Position numbers and translations under genes: made by a program. The notes beneath the pieces are model-generated. The model was not told where the DNA came from and did not search any database. It worked only from the letters and a program-made list of their open reading frames with translations. A stretch of 64,000 nucleotides of DNA from an uncultured Phycisphaera sp. Its GTDB lineage: Bacteria; Planctomycetota; Phycisphaerae; UBA1845. The stretch covers positions 100,008 through 164,007 of the forward strand of contig CAZAMB010000005.1 of NCBI GenBank assembly GCA_964486335.1, given 5' to 3'. Positions within the stretch are counted from its first letter, which is position 1; each line of letters begins with the position of its first letter. Shown one piece after another: positions 8,965-18,940 of this stretch.

Positions 8965-9782
8965 TTCGATTCCTCGGCCTGCAAGGTCCTGAGAACCTCG
9001 GGCGAACAGCGACCCTCCACGAACCGGCGTACGCGCGCATCCTCGCTTCGATCGATGGCATCGGGCGATCCGTCAAAAATGAACCTTCCGCGAAAGAGCA
9101 TCACGATTCGGTCAGCGACCTTGCGAGCGCTGGCCATGTCGTGCGTCACGACCACACTCGTGACCGACAGCTCCCGCTTCAACTTGATGATCAATTCGTT
9201 GATCTCATCCGATCGCGGCGGATCAAGCCCTGTCGTCGGCTCGTCATACAAGATGACCTCCGGTTGCAGCGCGATGGCCCGAGCGAGCGCCACGCGCTTT
9301 TTCTGCCCGCCCGACAACTGTGCCGGCCACTTCGATTGAAGACCGTCCAGGCCCACCATGGCGAGCCGCTCCTTCACGATGCGATCAACCTCCGAACGCC
9401 TCTTGCGCGTATGTTCGAGCACCGGAAAGGCGACGTTTTGTCCCACCGTCATCGAATCGAACAACGCGCTGAGCTGAAAAAGATACCCGAATCGCGGTCG
9501 CAACTCAGCGAGTTTTCTTTCCGAGAGCTGATCGATCCGATCCTCGTGAAAATAGACCTCGCCACGATCAGGAGTCAACAACCGAACAATGTGGTTGAGA
9601 AGGACGCTCTTGCCCGATCCTGATTCGCCGATGATGACCGTCGTTTGTCCCGGCGTAAGGGCCAGATCGACACCCTCCAGAACCACCAGATCTCCAAACC
9701 GTTTGTGAACGCCGACCAATCGCACGATCGGGGCCGCGTGGCTGGAAGAAGGCGCGGAACTTGTGCAGATTCGGTCGATCAT
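8961..9782 (-). CDS. mlaF: ABC transporter ATP-binding protein (MlaF-like)
   Basis: Walker A GESGSGKS, signature LSGGQKKRVALARA, Walker B/D-loop. 4-nt overlaps with both neighbours. Confidence 0.9.
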   Translation of the reverse strand: MIDRICTSSAPSSSHAAPIVRLVGVHKRFGDLVVLEGVDLALTPGQTTVIIGESGSGKSVLLNHIVRLLTPDRGEVYFHEDRIDQLSERKLAELRPRFGYLFQLSALFDSMTVGQNVAFPVLEHTRKRRSEVDRIVKERLAMVGLDGLQSKWPAQLSGGQKKRVALARAIALQPEVILYDEPTTGLDPPRSDEINELIIKLKRELSVTSVVVTHDMASARKVADRIVMLFRGRFIFDGSPDAIDRSEDARVRRFVEGRCSPEVLRTLQAEESK

Positions 9783-10621
9783 CGAACGAGCGATTTGAAT
9801 CCGTAGACTCCCCGATACAACCCCGAAAGGAAGTAACCGACAAAAAAATCGGCGACAAGGATCGTGATGAAACTGACCACGAACGACTCCGTGCAGGCTC
9901 GTCCCACGCCTTCAGCGCCGGTCCGGCAATGAAATCCCTTGTAGCACGCGATCAGTCCGATGGCCCCCCCGAAAATGAAGCTCTTGGTGAATCCCACCAT
10001 CAAGTCCCATTTCTCGATTGCATTTTCGATGTAATACCAATAAGGCGAGGCCGGGATATTCTTGAGGTACACGGCGATGAACCAGCCCGCCAATGACCCG
10101 CATAGGTCGCAAAACACCGTCAGCAGCGGCGTCAACAGCAGGCACGCAAGGAATCGGGGAACCACCAGATAACGTACCGGATCGGCCCCCATCACCGTAA
10201 GCGCGTTGATCTGGTCGGTGACCCGCATGGTTCCCAATTCGGCCGTCAGCGCGCCGCCCACACGCCCCGCGACCATGACCCCGGCCAAAACCGGACCGAG
10301 CTCCTGAACGAGAGACAGCGTGACCAAGACCCCCATGCGCTGCTCGAACCCGGCTGCTTTTAATTGATCGTAACTTTGAATGGCTAGAACCAGGCCGACG
10401 AATGTACCCGTGACGGCAATGACCGGGACGGTCCGATTCCCGACCTCGTAGAAAAGTGGCATGGTTCTCGTCCAGGTGCGGAGTTGGATCACGCCCGGAA
10501 GAAGCCAGCGAATCATCTGCCAGGTGAACAGGCCGAACCGACCCAAAGCGGATAGCGTGCCGATCGTCCTGGAACCGACGAGGTCAAGCATCTGAGGGAT
10601 CCGTTTGCGATCAAGAATCAC
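9779..10621 (-). CDS. mlaE: ABC transporter permease (MlaE-like)
   Basis: 280 aa multi-TM permease of the MlaE/Ttg2B family, upstream of the ATPase and MCE genes. Confidence 0.85.
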   Translation of the reverse strand: MILDRKRIPQMLDLVGSRTIGTLSALGRFGLFTWQMIRWLLPGVIQLRTWTRTMPLFYEVGNRTVPVIAVTGTFVGLVLAIQSYDQLKAAGFEQRMGVLVTLSLVQELGPVLAGVMVAGRVGGALTAELGTMRVTDQINALTVMGADPVRYLVVPRFLACLLLTPLLTVFCDLCGSLAGWFIAVYLKNIPASPYWYYIENAIEKWDLMVGFTKSFIFGGAIGLIACYKGFHCRTGAEGVGRACTESFVVSFITILVADFFVGYFLSGLYRGVYGFKSLVR

Positions 10622-10788
10622 GGACTCGCGCCCGGTGCATCGAGTTCCCGCAATGAACCGAACCTGCCGACCGGCGAATCGGCGCGTATGTACAGGTGTT
10701 TATTGCGACTGTCAATTCGCCGATTCGGATCATTGGCCGCCGCAACCGCGCATTGTCGATGGATTCGCCAACGCTACGATAAGGCACC

Positions 10789-11562
10789 ATGATTTCAAGC
10801 GCCTCACGCCCAGTTTCCATCATTGTCCCCGCCTATCGTGAAGCGCCAAATATCCCGATCCTCGTGGAGCGAACGTTCGCGACCATGAACGCGGCGGGTC
10901 TTGATTCCGAAATGATCATCGTCGATGACGATTCACGCGACGGAACAGCAGAGGTGGTCCAGAGCCTTGCCCGACATCACCCCGTCCGTCTCCTCGTGAG
11001 GACGGACGAACGAGGGTTGTCGAGCGCGGTACTCGCCGGGTTTCAAATGGCGAAGTTTGAGCGATTCGTTGTACTCGACGCCGATCTTCAGCACCCACCC
11101 GAGGCCATCCCCGAACTGGTTCGCAAGCTTGACGATCCGAATTGTGATTTTGTTGTTGCATCCCGATACGTCGCCGCAGGCAAAGTTGCCGACACCTGGC
11201 CCGTCCATCGCCGACTGGCGAGCAAACTCGCTACACTATTGGCTAGGCCCCTGACGTCGGTCAGCGATCCTATGTCGGGGTTCTTTGCGTTGCGGCGTTC
11301 GACTTGGGACGCCGCCGATCGGTTGAACCCCATCGGCTACAAGATCGCTCTGGAGCTTTTCGTGAAGTGTCGTTGCCGCCATCCCTCGGAGGTGCCCATT
11401 CAATTTGCTACGCGCGTCGCGGGAACGAGCAAGGCCGGATTCGCGGAGGGGATGCGATATTTGAGACATTTGGTAAGCCTCTATTGGTTTCGGAGGCGTC
11501 GGCTGGTTGTTGCTGCGGCGGCGATCATTGCGACTTGCGTTATTGGGCTCGTATTCCGCTAA
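10789..11562 (+). CDS. GT2 polyprenol-phosphate mannose/glucose synthase-like glycosyltransferase (Dpm1-like)
   Basis: VSIIVPAYREAPNIPIL..IIVDDDSRDGT..VLDADLQHPPE, the typical GT2 DPM1-like catalytic domain, with a C-terminal TM helix. Confidence 0.85.
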   Translation: MISSASRPVSIIVPAYREAPNIPILVERTFATMNAAGLDSEMIIVDDDSRDGTAEVVQSLARHHPVRLLVRTDERGLSSAVLAGFQMAKFERFVVLDADLQHPPEAIPELVRKLDDPNCDFVVASRYVAAGKVADTWPVHRRLASKLATLLARPLTSVSDPMSGFFALRRSTWDAADRLNPIGYKIALELFVKCRCRHPSEVPIQFATRVAGTSKAGFAEGMRYLRHLVSLYWFRRRRLVVAAAAIIATCVIGLVFR

Positions 11563-11668
11563 TCGGCATTCGGCGATGAAATGGACTGTGGAATACGACC
11601 GGGCAGTCGCGTAAACTCTGGTGACGGAAGGCGACGTTGGATTCGCGACGTTGAAATTCGGAGAAGGA

Positions 11669-12511
11669 ATGGAAGTCCGGCTGGCGACATCCCGTGGGTT
11701 CTGCTTCGGCGTGGAAGACGCCATTGAGTTGGCCGAGGCCGCCGTTGCCGATCATGGCGCCGGACGCGTCGTGGCCCTTGGTCCGGTGATCCACAATAAG
11801 CAAGTGGTCGGTCGGTTGGAGCAGGCCGGTTTGGACCAATCAGGCGACCTCGAAACCATTGACTCGACCAAGGTCGTCCTGGTTCGCTCACACGGAGCGA
11901 CTCCCGAAACAATGCAGCGGATTCAAAACCGCGGGCTGACCGTCGTCGACGCCACATGCGTTCTCGTCAAGCGGGCGCAGAGCGTCGTCAAGCAACTGTA
12001 CGACGAGGGGTACCATGTCGTCATGATCGGTGACCCGAACCACCCCGAGGTGAAGGGGGTCATCGGCTACGCACCCGTTGTGACGGTGATTGATGATGAC
12101 TCCAATCTGGAAGAATCGCTGCCGTTCAAGGAACGGCTCGGCATCGTGGCGCAGACGACCCATTCTCCGGAGCATGTCGCCAAGGTGATCGCCAAGATTC
12201 TTGTGCGGCCCTACCGCGAAGTCAAAATCGTCAACACGCTATGCCTTGAGGTCACGCGCAGGCAGGAGGCTGCGATCGCCCTTTGCGGCGAAGTGGACGT
12301 CATGTTTGTTCTTGGCGGATTCCACTCCGCCAACACCAGGGAAATGGCCAGGCTCTGCCGCGAGGCCGGGACCGAAACCTATCACATTGAAACCTGGGAA
12401 CAATTCACCCCCGACATGGTGAACGGCAAGCGCGTCGCCGGTGTGACGGCCGGCGCTTCCACGCCGGAGTGGGTCATCGCCGAGTTTGCCCGAAACCTCG
12501 AAAGCATTTGA
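11669..12511 (+). CDS. ispH: 4-hydroxy-3-methylbut-2-enyl diphosphate reductase IspH
   Basis: MEVRLATSRGFCFGVEDAIELAE..VIHNKQVV..VLVRSHG are classic IspH/LytB motifs. Track ORF starts at 11621; the likely true start is the Met of MEVRLA. Confidence 0.9.
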   Translation: MEVRLATSRGFCFGVEDAIELAEAAVADHGAGRVVALGPVIHNKQVVGRLEQAGLDQSGDLETIDSTKVVLVRSHGATPETMQRIQNRGLTVVDATCVLVKRAQSVVKQLYDEGYHVVMIGDPNHPEVKGVIGYAPVVTVIDDDSNLEESLPFKERLGIVAQTTHSPEHVAKVIAKILVRPYREVKIVNTLCLEVTRRQEAAIALCGEVDVMFVLGGFHSANTREMARLCREAGTETYHIETWEQFTPDMVNGKRVAGVTAGASTPEWVIAEFARNLESI

Positions 12512-12805
12512 TCGCATCGGTAAAGTATGTCGGCAAATAGAGCCGCGGAGCCTGCCCTTTAGGCGAAGCGTCAAGGGTAAGGGAGCGGTGTCTTGCCTTG
12601 AAACTACGCCAATTCCGCTGCTTGATGAGTGCGACTCGGCGCAAAGCTCCTCGATGCCCATAGGGTTCTTTCAATGGACTTGAACCGATTCCGCTTCCTC
12701 GCCGTGTCGCTCTAATTCAAGCCCCTGCGCGCTCGACAGATTCAAGCTTCGGCCTATCCTTGTGATGGTGTCCGTTCAATATCGAACCAGGAGAGAGGGT
12801 GAACC

Positions 12806-13045
12806 ATGGCTGATCCGAAACACGGTGCTCGTCCGATGGTAGTCGAGGAAACGGTGGGCAAAAAGGCATACTGCCAATGCGGATGGTCGGAAAGACTCCC
12901 CTATTGCGACGGTGCCCATAGCCGCATGGGCACGGGACTCAGCCCCATCGTCGTGGAAGTAGCGGCACCGGGTCGAAAATCCGTCTGTCAGTGTCATCAA
13001 AGCAAAAACAAACCGTGGTGCGACGGGAGCCATTCGCGCCTGTGA
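12806..13045 (+). CDS. CDGSH iron-sulfur domain protein (two CDGSH motifs)
   Basis: 79 aa with CQCGWSERLPYCDGAHS and CQCHQSKNKPWCDGSHS, two mitoNEET-type CDGSH zinc-finger-like 2Fe-2S motifs. RBS gagaggg precedes the ATG. Confidence 0.8.
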   Translation: MADPKHGARPMVVEETVGKKAYCQCGWSERLPYCDGAHSRMGTGLSPIVVEVAAPGRKSVCQCHQSKNKPWCDGSHSRL

Positions 13046-13217
13046 TCCGTCAGGATGCCAAAAAATGGCCCGATGATGGGGCCTCGGCGAGGTAACGCGA
13101 AATCCATGCGCGTTCAGCAAAGAGCCTATCTCAAGTACAAGGCGAGCTGCGAACTTCAGTTCGCGCGGACTTCCAAAGGGCGATGATGCACTAGGCTCTA
13201 AAGACAAGCGGCGGCTG

Positions 13218-14687
13218 ATGATCATTTCAACTCTTTGGTGGTTGTGCTTTTGGACGGCGACGGGACTCTGCGTCGGGAGTTTTCTCAACGCCGTGATCTA
13301 CCGCATTCCTCGCGGAAAGTCGTTGCGCGCGCCGCTTTGGTCCGCTTGTCCGTTCTGCCGGTATCGCATCGCATGGTACGACAATATTCCCATTGTCAGC
13401 TTTCTGTTGCTGGGCGGTCGTTGCCGGAAATGCAACGTTCCGATTCCGACGCGATACCTGGTGATCGAGGCGGTAACTGCCGTTGTCGTCCTCATGCTGG
13501 TGGATGCCTTTCTGATCGGCCAGGTTCGCGACGGACTGAGTCGCAGCGAGTTCGGATTGACCGACCGCCTTTCATTCGACTGGCCGATTCTCGTGGCTCA
13601 TATCGTGCTCTTTGCCTGTTTGTTCGCCATGTCCGCGATCGACCTCGAGCATTACTGGGTTGATATTCGCTTCACTAACCTCGTCGTCGTCGCCGGGTTC
13701 GCGTTTCACGTGCTTTGGACGCCGCCGCACAGTCGGACATGGCTTCGGCCTTCCGACACACTTGCTGTCATGTCGTTGTGTGCACTGACCGGACTCGCCC
13801 TAGTCTGGATCGTCCTGTGCTGTCGTCCGCAAGTAGACCCCGAGGATTTCGGTGAACCCGTTGAACACGCCGATCCTTCGCCGCCCGCCGACGACCGCGC
13901 ACCCGGTTTGCCGCCTCCCTCGCTGTCGGCGCCGTCGCGCACCGGAGGATGGATCGCGTTGTTCGTTTTGGCCGCGCTCGTCGTCGTGATGTTCCTCGCG
14001 GAATCCCATGTAGCCCCGCTTCGGCATACGGGACGCGCACTGGCCCCGCTGGGTTTCCTGTTCGTATTGATTCTCTCACAGAGCATTTTGTCGCGCGATT
14101 CCGATCACGCCATCATGGAAGCGATCGACGAGGAAAGCGGAACGGCCCGTCGAATGGTCGCAGAGGAACTGCTGTTGATCGCTCCAGCCATTGTGCTCGC
14201 CCTCGTCGGATGGTGGATCATGTCCGGCGGCGAGTACGTCGCCCGCATCTCCGAGTCCCTGCACGCCTCAATGCAAATCGATGCTCTGGCGCTCTTTCGT
14301 CGATGGGCTCCGTTGGAGGGATTCTGCACGGCCGCTACCGGATACGTTGTGGCCGGTGCGCTGGGCTGGGCGGTGCGCATCGCATTCACGTTGTTGTTCG
14401 GCAAGGAAGCTTTCGGAACCGGAGATATTCATTTGATGGCCGCCGCGGGATGCGTCGCCGGCTGGCAAGTCGTCCTCCTCGGCTTTTTCCTGACGTGCGG
14501 GCTGGCCCTTGCCGGTTGGGTCATCGCTCTTCCGTTCAAACGAACGCGAGCACTACCCCTGGGGCCTTGGCTCTCTTTTTCGTTCTTGATCGTGACGATA
14601 TTCTATCAGCAAATCATGCAATGGCCGATGCTTGCGCGCGGACTCGAAACGGCAGGGTGGCTCCTTGGCTACCGAACTTCGTCTTAA
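13218..14687 (+). CDS. type IV prepilin peptidase (A24 family), long form with central insertion
   Basis: N-terminal tetracysteine zinc motif (CPFCRYRI..CRKCNVPI) and C-terminal peptidase domain (GTGDIHLMAAAGCVAGW). 489 aa with about 200 extra residues in between. Confidence 0.85.
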   Translation: MIISTLWWLCFWTATGLCVGSFLNAVIYRIPRGKSLRAPLWSACPFCRYRIAWYDNIPIVSFLLLGGRCRKCNVPIPTRYLVIEAVTAVVVLMLVDAFLIGQVRDGLSRSEFGLTDRLSFDWPILVAHIVLFACLFAMSAIDLEHYWVDIRFTNLVVVAGFAFHVLWTPPHSRTWLRPSDTLAVMSLCALTGLALVWIVLCCRPQVDPEDFGEPVEHADPSPPADDRAPGLPPPSLSAPSRTGGWIALFVLAALVVVMFLAESHVAPLRHTGRALAPLGFLFVLILSQSILSRDSDHAIMEAIDEESGTARRMVAEELLLIAPAIVLALVGWWIMSGGEYVARISESLHASMQIDALALFRRWAPLEGFCTAATGYVVAGALGWAVRIAFTLLFGKEAFGTGDIHLMAAAGCVAGWQVVLLGFFLTCGLALAGWVIALPFKRTRALPLGPWLSFSFLIVTIFYQQIMQWPMLARGLETAGWLLGYRTSS

Positions 14688-14716
14688 CCGCGCGCACATG
14701 GAGGAATTCGCTTGCC

Positions 14717-15076
14717 ATGAAACGCTGGGCAGTTTATCTTCGCGGCATTCTCGTCCTGCTCGTCGCGGGCGCGATCGGCCTTGTCCTGTTTCAGAACCGC
14801 TCTTACAAGGTCAACTTGTGGTTCTTTGGATTGACCGACGCGAGCAAGCAGGTAAACGTCGTTTGGGTGATGGTCTGGACGGCTGGTTTCACCCGCGCCG
14901 CTTGGTGGCTTTTTTCATTCGGACGGGGATTGATCCGCGACGTTCGTGAGCTTCGGCGAAATAACGCTTTGGTCGCGACGGAGCAGGCGTATGCGAAACG
15001 CGCTGCCGAGTTGGACGAGCGTGAACGGCTGATTGAGGAAAGAAAACGCCGGTCAGAAACGACGAATGACGAGTGA
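14717..15076 (+). CDS. small membrane protein with N-terminal TM pair and basic coiled-coil tail (LapA/DUF1049-like)
   Basis: 119 aa, MKRWAVYLRGILVLLVAGAIGLVLFQNR.. then ELDERERLIEERKRR. Lies in a different frame from the overlapping long spurious ORF 13949..15076. Confidence 0.5.
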   Translation: MKRWAVYLRGILVLLVAGAIGLVLFQNRSYKVNLWFFGLTDASKQVNVVWVMVWTAGFTRAAWWLFSFGRGLIRDVRELRRNNALVATEQAYAKRAAELDERERLIEERKRRSETTNDE

Positions 15077-15126
15077 GGGGATTGGAAGGAACGATTTCGC
15101 GAAAGCGGGAAGCAAGGAGAACGCAA

Positions 15127-15798
15127 ATGAACGGTCGGGTGACGTTTCGGGTGGCGATGTTGTTGGGCGGCTTGGTTTTTGCCGGAGGGTGCGCCAACCC
15201 GAAGAACATGGCGGACCTCGAAGCGCAGAATCAAAACCTGCGCAATCAGTTGAACCGCGCCGGCAGCGATCTCGCCTCTGCCATGAAGGAACGGGATCTC
15301 ATCAACGATCGGTTAAAAGCCGCCTTGCGCGACGCCGACGCCCTGAAGGCCGAGCTTGCCGGTCGTCCCGTGATCGAACCGACTCCGCCCGGCTGGACGG
15401 CGGTTCCCGGCGGGGGCATGATCGCCATTGAGGAAAATATTCTTTTCGCTCCCGGCAAGGCGGTGCTGCGCGATGACGCACGCCGAACGCTCGACTCGAT
15501 CGTCAGCACCTTGGGCGGCGAATACGGCGACAAGGACATCATGGTCTTCGGCCACACCGATGACCGACCGATCAAGAAAAGCGGATGGCAAGACAACTGG
15601 CAGCTCAGCACCGAGCGAGGCCTCGCGGTTGTTCGATACCTCAAGGAACACGGCATAGCGCCGGAACGGCTGGTCGCGGCCGGCTGTGGTGAGTTTCGAC
15701 CCCGCACGCCGAATACTTCCGAACCGAACCGACTGTCAAATCGCCGCGTGGAAATCTTCGCCATCGACGCCCAGCCGGGAACGGGACGCGGTCGATAG
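15127..15798 (+). CDS. OmpA/MotB-family peptidoglycan-binding lipoprotein
   Basis: Lipobox-like N-terminus (LVFAGGCANP), coiled-coil, then OmpA-like domain (FGHTDDRP..NWQLSTERGLAVVRYL..NRRVEI). Confidence 0.8.
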   Translation: MNGRVTFRVAMLLGGLVFAGGCANPKNMADLEAQNQNLRNQLNRAGSDLASAMKERDLINDRLKAALRDADALKAELAGRPVIEPTPPGWTAVPGGGMIAIEENILFAPGKAVLRDDARRTLDSIVSTLGGEYGDKDIMVFGHTDDRPIKKSGWQDNWQLSTERGLAVVRYLKEHGIAPERLVAAGCGEFRPRTPNTSEPNRLSNRRVEIFAIDAQPGTGRGR

Positions 15799-15855
15799 CC
15801 TCGACTCTATACGTTGTGGATTGAAGTTGCTCAGCGTTGGATTGGGTGGATGGCC

Positions 15856-16101
15856 TCAGGCGGAATCGCCATCGGTCCGCACTTCGAAAGGAACAACTTC
15901 GACACCGCCGTCAGTCCGCGCTTGTATCTGTTGAATTCGGTGTTCGGCTTTGGCGAGGAAGTCGCGGCACTGCTTGACCAGCGCCATTCCCTCTGCATAC
16001 CTCTCTATGGATTCTTCCAGTCCGATCTGACCACGCTCGATCTGGTCGGCAATCGTTTCTAGCTGTTTAAGCGCTTCTTCAAATGTCGGTTTCTTCGCCA
16101 T
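15856..16101 (-). CDS. xseB: exodeoxyribonuclease VII small subunit
   Basis: 81 aa, MAKKPTFEEALKQLETIADQIERGQIGLEESIERYAEGMALVKQCRDFL is the canonical XseB sequence pattern. Confidence 0.85.
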   Translation of the reverse strand: MAKKPTFEEALKQLETIADQIERGQIGLEESIERYAEGMALVKQCRDFLAKAEHRIQQIQARTDGGVEVVPFEVRTDGDSA

Positions 16102-16246
16102 CGTTGATCACGCCTATATTGTCCTTGAAGCACCATCGCCGCAAGCCCCAATCTCGATTCGCGGTTCGCATCAGTCGCTTTCTCACGGGCCGGGTTGTTT
16201 GCAATTGCCGGCAGTCGTAGACTGGTCGGTTCGGAGAGCCACTTTC

Positions 16247-16828
16247 ATGGCCGAATGCAACGCAAACCTGTGGGCCCCCTGGCGAATGGAATACATTCGT
16301 TCGCTGGGCGAAGAAGTCGCCCAGAGTGGTTGTTTTCTTTGCTCCTATTGGGATAAACCAAACGAAGATCAGAAGAATCATGTCATCTGGCGAACGCCGG
16401 CGGCCTTCGTCGTCATGAATCGCTTCCCCTACACAAACGGACACCTTCTGGCCTGCATTGCTGTTCATAAGGCAGATCTGTCCGATCTGACCGACGGCGA
16501 ACTCACGGAGATGACAAGGATGACGCGGGACGCCGTTTCCGTTCTCTGCGACACGATCAAGCCTCAGGGATTCAACATCGGGTACAATCTCGGGCGCTGC
16601 GCCGGCGCGGGATTGCCCGGTCACCTGCACTCCCACATTGTCCCTCGGTGGTCGGGCGACACGAACTTCATGGCCGTGGTGGGCGGGACACGCGTGATCC
16701 CGGATTCACTGGATGCCCTTTATCGTGAATTGCGTTCCGCCGCCCAACGCAAGGGGCTTATCCATCCCGCCTCCAATTTCGCTCCACTGCCGGTATCGGA
16801 TTCGAATCGTGCACAAGATGCGGGATGA
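16247..16828 (+). CDS. HIT-family nucleotide hydrolase/transferase
   Basis: Histidine triad HLHSHIVPRW with upstream nucleotide-binding region. Real start is probably MAECNANLW (track ORF begins at 16199). Confidence 0.8.
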   Translation: MAECNANLWAPWRMEYIRSLGEEVAQSGCFLCSYWDKPNEDQKNHVIWRTPAAFVVMNRFPYTNGHLLACIAVHKADLSDLTDGELTEMTRMTRDAVSVLCDTIKPQGFNIGYNLGRCAGAGLPGHLHSHIVPRWSGDTNFMAVVGGTRVIPDSLDALYRELRSAAQRKGLIHPASNFAPLPVSDSNRAQDAG

Positions 16829-17957
16829 ATGTCGGATGAACTTTACCGGCTCCTTTCACGCAACCGACCGGCGTCATTCAGAACAGCCTGATCCGTATCG
16901 CGGACCCTTCGAACTCGATCGTCATCGCATCGTGGAATGCACGGCTTTTCGTAGACTCGATCAGAAGACCCAGGTCTTTGCCACCACGTTCCATGACCAC
17001 TTCCGCACGCGCCTGACCCACACGCTGGAAGTTGCCCAGATCGCAAGGTGTCTCGCCGCCAACCTCCATGCGAATGAACCGCTCTGCGAGGCCATCGCCC
17101 TTGCACACGATCTTGGGCATCCTCCGTTCGGCCATGCCGGAGAGGCGGCGCTCAACGAAGTCATGTCAAACCATGGCGGATTCAATCACAACGCCCATTC
17201 GCTTCGGGTTGTTGAGTATCTCGAGCATCCCTTTCCCGGCTTTCGAGGCCTGAACTTGACTTGGGCGACACTAGAAGGACTTCAAGCCCACGCCACCCGA
17301 TACGATCAGCCGAGCACCGATTCGACGACCTCCTCACTCTCCGCGCCGACCGAATTGGGTTTCGGTGCAGCCGGCCCGAATCGATCCCATCCCAAGGACG
17401 GCGTGTCGCTGGAGGCGCGGATCACGTCACTGGCCGATCGCCTTGCCTACAATCTCCACGACATGGAGGACGCGATCGGCGCGGGCCTATTGAAGCAGAA
17501 TGATCTGGAAAACCTTCCGATCTGGATGGATGCATTTGCGAAGGCGAACCGTGACAACCAGGTCAAAAGTATCTTCGCAGTCCGCCGCTCCGTATTGGAT
17601 GCGATGCTTGACGCCGTTTTGGCGGATGCAATCGCTGTTCCGAAACCGTTCACTGGTTTGTCACCTGAATGCGACGCGGAATTGACTGAACTCGAGGTTC
17701 TCTTGCGAGAACGCGTATACGGCAGTCCCGATGTCGCCCGCGCTGACACGGAGGCTCAGTCCTTGATTCAAAGTCTCTTTGCCGTTTACACGCAGGACCC
17801 GCTTCGGCTTCCTGATCGCTTCCAACGACGAATCGCCCAGCAAGGCCGACATCGAGTGGTCTGCGATTACATCGCCGGCATGACCGACCGTTTTTGCAAA
17901 GCCGAGGCAATAAGGATGTGCGTGACGCCGCGCACTCCAGACCGCTGCCCGGAATGA
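16818..17957 (+). CDS. dGTP triphosphohydrolase-like HD-domain protein
   Basis: FRTRLTHTLEVAQIAR..LAHDLGHPPFGHAGE is the HD motif of the dGTPase (Dgt) family. Overlaps the HIT gene end by about 10 nt; start at 16818 or 16836. Confidence 0.85.
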   Translation: MRDECRMNFTGSFHATDRRHSEQPDPYRGPFELDRHRIVECTAFRRLDQKTQVFATTFHDHFRTRLTHTLEVAQIARCLAANLHANEPLCEAIALAHDLGHPPFGHAGEAALNEVMSNHGGFNHNAHSLRVVEYLEHPFPGFRGLNLTWATLEGLQAHATRYDQPSTDSTTSSLSAPTELGFGAAGPNRSHPKDGVSLEARITSLADRLAYNLHDMEDAIGAGLLKQNDLENLPIWMDAFAKANRDNQVKSIFAVRRSVLDAMLDAVLADAIAVPKPFTGLSPECDAELTELEVLLRERVYGSPDVARADTEAQSLIQSLFAVYTQDPLRLPDRFQRRIAQQGRHRVVCDYIAGMTDRFCKAEAIRMCVTPRTPDRCPE

Positions 17958-18172
17958 CCGCACGTCGATCGCCCGTGCCCATTCCCGACCCTAAACGTCT
18001 CCTGATTAGTTGCGTCCGCACAATCAAGCCAGGATCGTCTCAGGGCTGGGTGTGGGCGATGCTCGGTTTCTGCCAAACAGCAATCATCGACGCCGAGTGG
18101 CTTTCGCAATGGTTTCCGGTATAGTTTACGCTCAGTGTTCGACGCTAACTCCCGTCGCGAGGACGCGAAATC

Positions 18173-18940
18173 GTGCAATTACTGATCCCGATCAAGAAGC
18201 GCCTGGCCGAGAACCTTCAGCGCACGCACGACCGAATCCACGAGGCTTGTCACCGCGCCAACCGCGACCCTGCGGAAATCACCCTCGTCGCCGTCACCAA
18301 GTACGCGGAACTTCAGCATATCAATGCTTTGTTGGAGTTGGGCGTCGTCGATATCGGTGAAAGCCGCGTTCAGGAGCTTTCCCGCCGAGCGGCGGCGATC
18401 CAGGAATCCGCCGCGGCACGATCGTCGGGCCTTCCACTGCCGCGCTGGCACATGATCGGCCACCTTCAACGAAACAAAATTCGGCCGCTGCTTCCTTGGG
18501 CCTCGTTGATCCATTCCGTGGACAGTCTGCGACTTGCCGAGGAGATCGATACCGAATCAGCCCGCCTAGACCGCGTGCAGCCGGTACTGTTGGAGGTCAA
18601 CGCGAGCGGCGAATCCACCAAACAGGGAATCGCCGTCGCCGCCGCGACGCATTTTGTCGAGCAATGCTCAACACTGAAGAATCTTGAACTTCGCGGACTC
18701 ATGGCCATGGCCCCGCTGACCGACGATGCGGGCGTTATCCGCGGGGCCTTTGAGCGAGTGAGAGAATTGTTTGAGGAGATCATCACCGAAAGGTGCTGCG
18801 GACCGCAATTCCGTGACCTCTCCATCGGAATGAGCAACGATTTTGAACACGCCATTGAGTTCGGCGCGACGATCGTTCGCATCGGCTCCGCCTTATTCGA
18901 TGGTATCGAGCTTGCAACCCAACCAACCGCCGCCGATTGA
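18173..18940 (+). CDS. yggS: YggS-family pyridoxal-phosphate homeostasis protein (alanine-racemase-N-fold)
   Basis: 255 aa, LVAVTKY..IGHLQRNK..MGMSNDFE..ATIVRIGSALF, the PLPBP/YggS pattern. Confidence 0.85.
   Translation: MQLLIPIKKRLAENLQRTHDRIHEACHRANRDPAEITLVAVTKYAELQHINALLELGVVDIGESRVQELSRRAAAIQESAAARSSGLPLPRWHMIGHLQRNKIRPLLPWASLIHSVDSLRLAEEIDTESARLDRVQPVLLEVNASGESTKQGIAVAAATHFVEQCSTLKNLELRGLMAMAPLTDDAGVIRGAFERVRELFEEIITERCCGPQFRDLSIGMSNDFEHAIEFGATIVRIGSALFDGIELATQPTAAD

Noticed and set aside
13949-15076. 375 aa ORF spanning the end of the prepilin peptidase gene
   Set aside because: Only its last ~120 codons (from the ATG at 14717) look like a real protein, called separately. The upstream 250 codons overlap the peptidase gene in another frame and are Arg-rich.
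16079-16636. 185 aa minus-strand ORF
   Set aside because: Antisense to the HIT-family gene, which has a clear histidine-triad motif; no protein-like features.
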